From the NCBI GenBank assembly GCA_041671365.1, contig JBAZBP010000001.1, positions 453,518 to 517,517 of the forward strand: a stretch of DNA of 64,000 bases. The letters are read 5' to 3'. The notes beneath the pieces were generated by a model, which did no database searches, was not told the origin of the DNA, and saw only the letters and a list, made by a program, of their open reading frames with translations. Positions 56,775-64,000 of the stretch are shown one piece after another. The position numbers were made by a program, and so were the translations under genes. Each line of letters opens with the position of its first letter. The stretch's first letter is position 1. This DNA comes from Patescibacteria group bacterium (GTDB lineage Bacteria > Patescibacteriota > Patescibacteriia > Patescibacteriales > UBA12465).

Positions 56775-57128
56775 TTAAAACTCTAAACCACCTTCACGCG
56801 CTCCCTCGGCTACCGCTTTCACTCGGCCATGATATTTATAAAAACCGCGATCAAAAACGACCTTAGTGACTTTTTTGGTTTTAGCTTTTTGCGCGATTAA
56901 TTTACCCAGCTCTTTTCCGGCTTCAATTTTTCCCGGTGTTTTTTTAACTTCGGTCATCTTAGCACTCGCCAGAGTGTTACCGCTTAAATCATCAACCAGC
57001 TGCAAAAACATCCCCCGATTAGAACGAAAAACGCTCAAACGCGGACGAGCGGCGGTGCCGGATACTTTAACGCGCACCCGACCGTGACGGCGGGCCTGTC
57101 TTTGATTATTTTCTTTGATTTTATCCAT
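56775..57128 (-). CDS. rplR: 50S ribosomal protein L18
   Basis: RPRLSVFRSNRGMFLQLVDD...FDRGFYKYHGRVKA. Confidence 0.95.
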   Translation of the reverse strand: MDKIKENNQRQARRHGRVRVKVSGTAARPRLSVFRSNRGMFLQLVDDLSGNTLASAKMTEVKKTPGKIEAGKELGKLIAQKAKTKKVTKVVFDRGFYKYHGRVKAVAEGAREGGLEF

Positions 57129-57162
57129 ATAAATTCCCTTAAGAATTATAAGCTAGCTTTAA

Positions 57163-57708
57163 TTATTTACCCTTAGCGGCCGCTTTACCGGCTTTGCGTC
57201 GAATTATTTCATCCGCATATTTTACCCCCTTACCTTTATAGGGTTCCGGACGACGAATTCTTCTGATTTGAGCAGCTGTTTCTCCCACTAAAGCCTTATC
57301 GATTCCCTCTAAAGTAATAACGTTAGCCGCGACCGTAGCCGTAATTCCTACCGGTAAGACAAATTCTATCGGGTGAGAGAAACCTAAACTCATATTTAAT
57401 TGATTGCCGCTGACTGCCGCTCGATAACCCACCCCGTTAATTTCCAATTTTTTTACAAATCCCGTACTGACTCCTTCGGCGGCATTTTTTATCAAACTCC
57501 ACATTAAACCCCAAAGGGCGCTAGAATTCTGAGCATCTTTATCGCGCGGAGCCACTATAATTTCTCCATTTTCTACCTTAACAACTACGGCCGGGTGAAG
57601 ATTTAAACAAAATTTACCTTTCGGTCCCTGAAAAGTCATTTCTTTTGGTCCAACCGTCGCCTGAACGTTGGGTCCTAATTTAATTGGTAATTTTCCTAAA
57701 CGTGACAT
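57163..57708 (-). CDS. rplF: 50S ribosomal protein L6
   Basis: MSRLGKLPI...GVGYRA...PEPYKGKGVKY. Confidence 0.95.
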   Translation of the reverse strand: MSRLGKLPIKLGPNVQATVGPKEMTFQGPKGKFCLNLHPAVVVKVENGEIIVAPRDKDAQNSSALWGLMWSLIKNAAEGVSTGFVKKLEINGVGYRAAVSGNQLNMSLGFSHPIEFVLPVGITATVAANVITLEGIDKALVGETAAQIRRIRRPEPYKGKGVKYADEIIRRKAGKAAAKGK

Positions 57709-57728
57709 ATATATAATATTTACAATAA

Positions 57729-58139
57729 TTAAAATATCTCTCCGAGAATCTCTCCGCCGATTTTTTGTTTTTTTGCTTCTTTTCCGGTCATTAATCCTTT
57801 AGAAGTGGAGATAATAGCCACACCAAAATTATTTAAGACTGTCGGAATCTCGTCTTTGCCCACATAAATTTTCAAACCCGGTCGACTAACCCGCTTGATC
57901 GTATCAATTTGTGGTTTTCCGTTTTTTCGATATTTTAAAATGATTTGCAGTTCATCAAAATTATTGTGCCGACCGTCTAAACCGCCGGGTACAATCACCG
58001 CCTTTTTAATCCAGCCTTCAGTTTCTAAAATCTTAGCAATTTCATATTTTAATTTGCTGAGCGGCAAAACGACCTCCGATTTTTTAACGGCGGAAGCGTT
58101 TCTAATTCTTGTGAACATGTCTGCGATGGGATCCATCAT
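57729..58139 (-). CDS. rpsH: 30S ribosomal protein S8
   Basis: DPIADMFTRIRNA...VAIISTSKGLMT. Confidence 0.95.
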   Translation of the reverse strand: MMDPIADMFTRIRNASAVKKSEVVLPLSKLKYEIAKILETEGWIKKAVIVPGGLDGRHNNFDELQIILKYRKNGKPQIDTIKRVSRPGLKIYVGKDEIPTVLNNFGVAIISTSKGLMTGKEAKKQKIGGEILGEIF

Positions 58140-58164
58140 ATTTTTAGATTAGCTAAATTACTAA

Positions 58165-58350
58165 TTACCAACTGGACTTTGTTATTCCCGGTAAATCTCC
58201 ATTGTCGGCCAACTCCCGGAAACAAATACGACATAATTTAAAATCATTCATGTAGCTGTGATTGCGACCACAGCGCCAGCACCGATTAATTTTCCGGGTA
58301 GAAAATTTCGGTTTTCTTTGGGATTTGACGATTAGTGCGGTTCTTGCCAT
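58165..58350 (-). CDS. rpsZ: 30S ribosomal protein S14, zinc-binding type Z
   Basis: 61 aa; CWRCGR...CRICFRE Cys4 pattern. Confidence 0.95.
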   Translation of the reverse strand: MARTALIVKSQRKPKFSTRKINRCWRCGRNHSYMNDFKLCRICFRELADNGDLPGITKSSW

Positions 58351-58361
58351 ATATATTTAAA

Positions 58362-58907
58362 TTATTTGCTATCTTTTTTAAAAGGAAAACCCAACAAACG
58401 GAATAATTCCAAACCCTCTTCCCGATTCTTAGCGTTAGTCGCCAGGCAAACTTCCAGTCCATAAACATTATCGGTTTCTTCCACTAGAATTTCCGGGAAA
58501 GCGGTCTGATCTTTGAAGCCAACCGTCAAATTACCATTATTATCAACAGATTTCTCAGAGATTCCTCGAAAATCGCGCACTCGGGGAAAAGTAATATTAA
58601 CTAGTTTATCGGTAAAATCATACATCTGCTGGCCGCGCAAAGTTACCTTAGCGCCAATCGTCAAACCAACCCGAATCTTAAAAGCCGAAATAGATTTTTT
58701 GGCGGCGGTAAATACTGATTTCTGTCCGGAAATTTTTGCCAAACCTTTTTCCACACTGGCCATAAATTCTTTTTCTTTAAGATGATGGCCAAAGCCCACA
58801 TTTAAAACTACCTTGGTTAAACGCGGCACCAGCATGCGGTTGTTAAAACCGAATTTTTCTTCCATTTTCGGGACAATCTGTTTGTTATATTTTTCTTTTA
58901 ATCTCAT
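58362..58907 (-). CDS. rplE: 50S ribosomal protein L5
   Basis: MRLKEKY...PRLTKVVLNVG...FPRVRDFRG. Confidence 0.95.
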   Translation of the reverse strand: MRLKEKYNKQIVPKMEEKFGFNNRMLVPRLTKVVLNVGFGHHLKEKEFMASVEKGLAKISGQKSVFTAAKKSISAFKIRVGLTIGAKVTLRGQQMYDFTDKLVNITFPRVRDFRGISEKSVDNNGNLTVGFKDQTAFPEILVEETDNVYGLEVCLATNAKNREEGLELFRLLGFPFKKDSK

Positions 58908-58916
58908 ATAGGTAAT

Positions 58917-59240
58917 TTACTCAATTATTTCCGAACATTTTTTACAAACTCGAAATTTTTTAGCATTTTTCCCCTCAACTTTAACCGTTTTAAAACCCAC
59001 GCGCGTCGGCCGGCCGCATTTCGGACAAACTAGCGCCAAATTGGCCGCGTTAATAAAGGCCGGAAATTCGATTCTTTGCCCCTTTTCACCATTACGTCGC
59101 GGTCGCAAATGTTTAATTAATAAATTTAAACCTTCAACGCTGGCTCGGTTAGCCGTCGGCATAACTTGCAAAACTTTGCCGGTTTTACCTTTATCTTTTC
59201 CCGCTAAAATTTTAACGTTATCGTTTTTTTTGATATTCAT
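58917..59240 (-). CDS. rplX: 50S ribosomal protein L24 (with a Cys4 zinc-ribbon-like C-terminus)
   Basis: KOW motif GKDKGKTGKV; CPKCGR...CKKC. Confidence 0.95.
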   Translation of the reverse strand: MNIKKNDNVKILAGKDKGKTGKVLQVMPTANRASVEGLNLLIKHLRPRRNGEKGQRIEFPAFINAANLALVCPKCGRPTRVGFKTVKVEGKNAKKFRVCKKCSEIIE

Positions 59241-59245
59241 ATTTT

Positions 59246-59620
59246 TTATAAAACTTCTGGCGCCAGTGAGGCGATTTTAACAAAACCCGCTTTGCGCACT
59301 TCTCTCGCTACCGGTCCAAAAATACGTGTGCCTTTCGGATCTTTTTTTTCCGCGTCAACGATAATGACGCAAGCGTTATCATCGAAACGAACATAGGAAC
59401 CATCCGAACGACGAATTTCCTTCTTGGTTCGAACAATAACCGCTTTAGCCACATCACCCTTTTTAAGAGCCGCATGAGGAACAGCCGATTTGATAGCGAC
59501 AACTATAATATCACCGACATGTCCATATCGTCTTTTATAACCGCCCAAAACTCTAATACACTGAGCTTCTTTGGCTCCGGAATTGTCGGCTACTTTTAAA
59601 TAGGTCTGTACTTGCACCAT
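59246..59620 (-). CDS. rplN: 50S ribosomal protein L14
   Basis: [17 protein letters not shown]... Confidence 0.95.
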   Translation of the reverse strand: MVQVQTYLKVADNSGAKEAQCIRVLGGYKRRYGHVGDIIVVAIKSAVPHAALKKGDVAKAVIVRTKKEIRRSDGSYVRFDDNACVIIVDAEKKDPKGTRIFGPVAREVRKAGFVKIASLAPEVL

Positions 59621-59646
59621 AGAATTAAAATATTATTCTAAAATTA

Positions 59647-59919
59647 CTAGGCTTTTATAACTCGCCATCTTTTATCCTTACTGAGCGGACGACACTCAAT
59701 AAAACTTACTTTATCGCCAGTATGATATTCATTCTTTTCATCATGAACTTTATATTTACGACTAACCGTGTAACGTTTCTGATATTTCGGATGTTTTTTA
59801 ATTGTTTCAACCCGAACCACAATCGTCTTGTCGCTTTTATCACTAACTACAACACCGTTAAATCGACGGCTAGCTATTTCCGGACTAATTTTGGCTGATT
59901 TAGGTTTGGCGCTCGTCAT
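59647..59919 (-). CDS. rpsQ: 30S ribosomal protein S17
   Basis: GVVVSDKSDKTIVVRVE...HDEKNEYHTGDKV. Confidence 0.95.
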   Translation of the reverse strand: MTSAKPKSAKISPEIASRRFNGVVVSDKSDKTIVVRVETIKKHPKYQKRYTVSRKYKVHDEKNEYHTGDKVSFIECRPLSKDKRWRVIKA

Positions 59920-59920
59920 A

Positions 59921-60103
59921 TTATTTTTTATTTAATAAAGTCAAAATTTGCGCAATTAATTGCTTTAACTCTCTAATTTCTCTAATATTTTTAAGCTGTT
60001 TATTAGAATCTTTAAATCGTAAATCACGTAATTTCTCCCGATTAACATTTAATAATTTTAATAAATCATCGCTACTTTTTGTTTGTAATTCTTTAAATTC
60101 CAT
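59921..60103 (-). CDS. rpmC: 50S ribosomal protein L29
   Basis: 60 aa, ELRFK...IRELKQLIA pattern; positioned between rplP and rpsQ. Confidence 0.9.
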   Translation of the reverse strand: MEFKELQTKSSDDLLKLLNVNREKLRDLRFKDSNKQLKNIREIRELKQLIAQILTLLNKK

Positions 60104-60114
60104 ATATTTCAGAT

Positions 60115-60522
60115 TTATTCTTTACTGATAAATTGACACTTAATCGGCAACTTATAAGCCGCCAATTCCATCGCTTTTTTAGCGGTTTCTCGATTTAAAC
60201 CTTCCATTTCAAACAAAATCATACCCGGTTTAATAATAGCAACATAATGATCAACCGCGCCCTTACCTTTACCCATCGGAATTTCTCCACCATGAGCGGT
60301 TACCGCCTTATCCGGAAATATTCTAATCCAAATCTGACCGCCCTTTTTGACGTATTGCGTCATAACGCGACGAGCGGATTCTATTTGACGCGACGTTACC
60401 CAGCAAGCTGTTAAACTTTTTAAGCCATAACTACCAAAACTAATATTTAAATTACGGCTAGCTTTTCCGCCGCGGCGGCGTTTCTGATCTTTCTTCCATT
60501 TAGTTTTCTTGGGCATTAACAT
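60115..60522 (-). CDS. rplP: 50S ribosomal protein L16
   Basis: MLMPKKTKWKK...IWIRIFPDK...MGKGKG. Confidence 0.95.
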   Translation of the reverse strand: MLMPKKTKWKKDQKRRRGGKASRNLNISFGSYGLKSLTACWVTSRQIESARRVMTQYVKKGGQIWIRIFPDKAVTAHGGEIPMGKGKGAVDHYVAIIKPGMILFEMEGLNRETAKKAMELAAYKLPIKCQFISKE

Positions 60523-60544
60523 ATAGTTGACAATTTTGTTTATT

Positions 60545-61225
60545 TTATTGAGCGATCACTTCGCCTCTGGCTACTTTTTCTTTTTCAAACACCTCTCCCT
60601 TATAAACCCAAACTTTAATTCCAATTGCTCCATAAGCCGTATGGGCGGCTCCGCGCGCATAATCAATATCGGCCCGTAAAGTCTGAAGCGGTACTTTTCC
60701 CCAAACTAATTTTTCAGTTCTGGCTATTTCCGCGCCATTTAGGCGTCCGGCAATTACAATTTTAGCACCCTGAGCCCCCGCTCTTTCAATTTTTCCTAAA
60801 GTTTGTTTCATCACCTTACGAAAAGGCATTCTTTTTTCAATCTCTAAAATTATACCCTGAGTGATGATTTGCGCGCTTAAATTCGGACGACTAAATTCTT
60901 TAATATTTAAATTAATTTCACCTAGACGAAAAGTTTTTAAAAATTTATCATGTAATTTTTTCTTCAATTCTTCCGCTCCATTGCCACCGCGACCAATAAT
61001 CAAACCCGGTTTAGCCGTAGTCACGTTGATTTCCATTTTATTAATGCTGCGGATAATTTCAACCTTATCAATACCGGCTTCACGAAATTCTCTAATCAAA
61101 TATTTACGAACTCCAATGTCTTGTCGGATATTCTTAATATATTTTTCACCGGTTTCAAACCATAAAGACGGCCAAGTCTTGGTGATTCCCATTCGCAGAA
61201 TTTTTGGATTTACTTTTTTGCCCAT
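60545..61225 (-). CDS. rpsC: 30S ribosomal protein S3
   Basis: MGKKVNPKILR... KH domain GRGG...GRLNGAEIAR. Confidence 0.95.
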   Translation of the reverse strand: MGKKVNPKILRMGITKTWPSLWFETGEKYIKNIRQDIGVRKYLIREFREAGIDKVEIIRSINKMEINVTTAKPGLIIGRGGNGAEELKKKLHDKFLKTFRLGEINLNIKEFSRPNLSAQIITQGIILEIEKRMPFRKVMKQTLGKIERAGAQGAKIVIAGRLNGAEIARTEKLVWGKVPLQTLRADIDYARGAAHTAYGAIGIKVWVYKGEVFEKEKVARGEVIAQ

Positions 61226-61247
61226 ATGAATTCAATTATGAATTTAT

Positions 61248-61757
61248 TTATTGCCCGGACTTACGTCTGAACATCTTAGTCTTTTCTCCGGCGGCTTTTT
61301 TGCCTTTGGCTTTTTCCGCTTTCTCTATATTCTTAACCAGATTTTTTTCACCTTCCTTGGCCAGTTTTTCTAATTTTACCGGTTCGGCCACCTTAACTAC
61401 TTTCTTCGCTTTCTGAGCACTAACTTTAATTTCAGCCAAAATTAAAGTAATATGACAACCGCGTTTCCGGATAGAGGTCGCTCGTCCGTGCGCCCGAGGC
61501 ATCCAGCGTTTAAGCATCACTCCTTCGTCGGATCGGATTTCTTTAATATATAAATTACTTCTTTCCAAACTATAAGTATTTTCCGCATTGGCAATGGCCG
61601 ATTTGATCAGCTTAGCGACCGGATCAGTCGCCAATTTATTAATAAATCTCAGTTGATCCAAAGCCTTGTCAACCGGCATTAAACGGATAACATCAATCAC
61701 TAAACGGATTTTCCGCGGTGACATTCTTAAATGTTTTAAACTTGCTTTTACTTCCAT
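61248..61757 (-). CDS. rplV: 50S ribosomal protein L22 with a Lys-rich C-terminal extension
   Basis: RMSPRKIRLVIDVIR...RAHGRATSIRKRGCHITL, followed by an approximately 55-aa K/E/A-rich tail. Confidence 0.95.
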   Translation of the reverse strand: MEVKASLKHLRMSPRKIRLVIDVIRLMPVDKALDQLRFINKLATDPVAKLIKSAIANAENTYSLERSNLYIKEIRSDEGVMLKRWMPRAHGRATSIRKRGCHITLILAEIKVSAQKAKKVVKVAEPVKLEKLAKEGEKNLVKNIEKAEKAKGKKAAGEKTKMFRRKSGQ

Positions 61758-61772
61758 ATAATCATTAATTAA

Positions 61773-62060
61773 TTATTTTTTGTCCGCCGCTTGCGATTTA
61801 GCCATCTTACCGCCATGACCTAAAAATTTACGGGTTGGTGAAAATTCACCGAGACGATGCCCGACCATATTCTCAACCACATAAACCGGCAGGTGGGTTT
61901 TTCCATTATGAACACCGAGCGTAAAACCTACCATTTCCGGAGTAATAGTACAGGCTCGATCCCAAACTTTGAAAACTGTTTTATCACCAGGTTTTAAATT
62001 CTTGATTTTATTCAATAACCGGAGATTAATGTATGGTCCTTTTTTTAAACTTCTGGACAT
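61773..62060 (-). CDS. rpsS: 30S ribosomal protein S19
   Basis: [10 protein letters not shown]...[11 protein letters not shown]. Confidence 0.95.
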   Translation of the reverse strand: MSRSLKKGPYINLRLLNKIKNLKPGDKTVFKVWDRACTITPEMVGFTLGVHNGKTHLPVYVVENMVGHRLGEFSPTRKFLGHGGKMAKSQAADKK

Positions 62061-62072
62061 ATTTATTTTTTA

Positions 62073-62909
62073 TTATTTTCTCTTGGCTCTTCTTTTAATT
62101 ATTAAACGATCGGAGTGTCTCTTTCTTCGGGTCTTAACACCGAGGGCAGGCTTGCCCCACATGGTTTTCGGATGAGTAAGACCAATCGGCTGATTGCCTT
62201 CACCGCCACCATGAGGATGATCAACCGGATTCATGGCTGTGCCTCTAACCGTCGGACGAATACCTAAATGACGACTACGCCCGGCCTTACCTAAAGAAAT
62301 ATGACGATGATCAGGATTACTGGCCCGACCGACTGTGCACAAACATTCTTTTTTAACCTGACGAATTTCCCCCGATGGCATTTTTAACTGAGCATACTTA
62401 CCTTCGACACCCATGACATAAACAAAATTACCGCCACCGCGCGCGATTTTGGCGCCCTGCCCCGGTTCTAACTCTACGCAACTAACGGGCATACCGGCGG
62501 GAATAAACTGCAGCGGTAAAGCATTGCCGACCTTAATTTCAATTAATTCTCGAGAGCTCATAACCTGATTACCAACTACCAAATCAGCCGGCGCGACAAT
62601 ATATCTTTTAGCTCCATCCGCATAATTAAGTAAAGCTAAACGAGCGCCACGATTAGGATCGTATTCGATGGAAGCCACGGTCGCGGCCACATTAAATTTA
62701 TCACGTTTAAAATCAATTAAACGAATATAACGCTTAGCTCCGCCGCCGCGATGACGAACAGTAATTTTACCCTGAGAATTTCGCCCGCCGCGTCGTCTTT
62801 TAATAATAACTAATCTTTTTTCCGGTTCATATTTGGTCAAATCTTTAAAATCATCAAAAGTCGCTTCACGTCGACCAGGAGTATTAGCTTTTACTTTTTT
62901 GATACCCAT
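62073..62909 (-). CDS. rplB: 50S ribosomal protein L2
   Basis: GRNSQGKITVRHRGGGAKR...MNPVDHPHGGGEG. Confidence 0.95.
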   Translation of the reverse strand: MGIKKVKANTPGRREATFDDFKDLTKYEPEKRLVIIKRRRGGRNSQGKITVRHRGGGAKRYIRLIDFKRDKFNVAATVASIEYDPNRGARLALLNYADGAKRYIVAPADLVVGNQVMSSRELIEIKVGNALPLQFIPAGMPVSCVELEPGQGAKIARGGGNFVYVMGVEGKYAQLKMPSGEIRQVKKECLCTVGRASNPDHRHISLGKAGRSRHLGIRPTVRGTAMNPVDHPHGGGEGNQPIGLTHPKTMWGKPALGVKTRRKRHSDRLIIKRRAKRK

Positions 62910-62953
62910 ATATAATCAATTACGAATTACGAACTATTATTACAAATTATTAA

Positions 62954-63388
62954 CTAAACGCCTTCATAAACTTTAATGGTCTCTCCTTTTTTTAGAGTAA
63001 CAATCGCTTTGCGCCAGTCGCTTCTCTGCCCTTTAACGCGCCCGCGAGCAACCTTTTTTCCGGAAACGTTCATTAAATTAACCTGCGTTGGCTTAACTCC
63101 GTAAATATCGGTAATGGCCGCCGCCACGTTAATTTTATTGGCTTGATCAGATACAACAAAGACATATTTATTAACCGCATTCAAATGGGTTGCTTTTTCA
63201 GTAATCAGAGGTTTAACTAAAATTTTATAAGCAATACTCAAATTCTGATTCTTTGTTACGATTTTATCAGTCGAAACTTTTGCTTTGACGGCCGGAGCAT
63301 TATACAAATCCTGCATACTCGTCGTTTCCTTGGGAGCAACCGCTGATTTATTTTCTTTTGTTGTTTTTTTAGCACCAAATAAAGCCAT
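62954..63388 (-). CDS. rplW: 50S ribosomal protein L23 with an approximately 50-aa N-terminal extension (start uncertain)
   Basis: The core ILVKPLITEKAT...KKAIVTLKKGETI is L23; the upstream portion is K/T/A-rich. Confidence 0.9.
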   Translation of the reverse strand: MALFGAKKTTKENKSAVAPKETTSMQDLYNAPAVKAKVSTDKIVTKNQNLSIAYKILVKPLITEKATHLNAVNKYVFVVSDQANKINVAAAITDIYGVKPTQVNLMNVSGKKVARGRVKGQRSDWRKAIVTLKKGETIKVYEGV

Positions 63389-63413
63389 ATTTTTGGGATT
63401 TACAAATTACAAA

Positions 63414-64000
63414 CTAGGAATATCTTTTTTCTAAAATTTTTACAGTATTTTCGGTTAATAATAAATTCTTATAATTTAATAAATCTAATAAATTAATATT
63501 TTCTAAATTAATGATTTTTACCCCGGCTAAATTACGACCGGAATATAAAGTTTTTTCATTCTTAGCGTCATTAATAACTAACAAATCGCGGCGATCATTA
63601 TTCAAAACTTTTTTTTCTAAAACTGCTACTAAGGCTTGAAATTTTTTGGTTTTATATTCAGAAAAATCTAAATTATCTAAAATTACCAAACTATTAGTTA
63701 AAAATTTATCCGACAAGGCCATAAATAAAGCTTTCTGCTTCATTTTTTGATTTATTTTTTGTTTAAAATTACGATTTTTTGTCGGACCAAAAGTTACTCC
63801 GCCGCCTATCCAGATCGGCGAACGACTGGAACCGGCGCGCGCTCGGCCGGTGCCCTTTTGCTTCCAAGGTTTTTTACCGCCGCCGGAAACCTCGCTGCGA
63901 TCTTTAGTATGAGCTAATACCTGACGAGCATTGGCCTGTTGCGCTATAACCGCTTGATGCAATAACTCGTTATTCGGTTTAATACCAAAAATCTTAGCTG
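63414..64000 (-). CDS. rplD: 50S ribosomal protein L4 (partial; N-terminus beyond the right edge)
   Basis: GGGKKPWKQKGTGRARAGSSRSPIWIGGGVTFGP signature. The reading frame stays open to position 64000. Confidence 0.95.
   Translation of the reverse strand, partial: AKIFGIKPNNELLHQAVIAQQANARQVLAHTKDRSEVSGGGKKPWKQKGTGRARAGSSRSPIWIGGGVTFGPTKNRNFKQKINQKMKQKALFMALSDKFLTNSLVILDNLDFSEYKTKKFQALVAVLEKKVLNNDRRDLLVINDAKNEKTLYSGRNLAGVKIINLENINLLDLLNYKNLLLTENTVKILEKRYS

Overview
AT-rich, gene-dense bacterial window. Its content fits a Candidate Phyla Radiation (Patescibacteria/Parcubacteria-like) genome: no L30 gene between rpsE and rplO, archaeal-length AspRS, a sortase/LPXTG adhesin pair, and many lineage-specific membrane proteins. 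This assignment is inference from gene content. Almost all genes are on the minus strand. From left to right the window holds a DEAD-box helicase, a P2-type ATPase, a duplicated CxxC-x17-CxxC zinc-ribbon protein and a ferric-reductase/ApbE/FNR redox trio. Next come a sortase with its LPDTG surface protein, a csoR-copA copper operon, an ArsR-thioredoxin-permease cluster and SDR/HD genes. Further right are rpoD-dnaG, scpAB, asnS/aspS, recO-ruvX-map and the S10/spc ribosomal cluster (rplD to secY). The accessory centre is at 26.4-37.4 kb. A tRNA-Asn(GUU) gene (36725-37348, minus) is split in its anticodon loop by a 552-nt group I intron with canonical P/Q/R/S core elements and an HNH endonuclease ORF. 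The 3' end of the same tRNA is the attachment site of a 10,285-bp integrated element bounded by 21-bp direct repeats (26460-26480 and 36724-36744). The element encodes a tyrosine integrase, an Xis-like HTH protein, a HUH rolling-circle Rep and a GC-rich origin-like hairpin. It also carries a co-directional operon: membrane-anchored HerA/FtsK-like ATPase, ExoVII (xseA frameshifted, xseB), a CcrM/HinfI-like methyltransferase, a PD-(D/E)XK endonuclease and a small zinc-ribbon ORF. Three genes carry single-nucleotide frameshifts: asnS (at a U7 slippery run), xseA, and a SpoT/Mesh1-like HD hydrolase. I saw no rRNA genes or CRISPR arrays.
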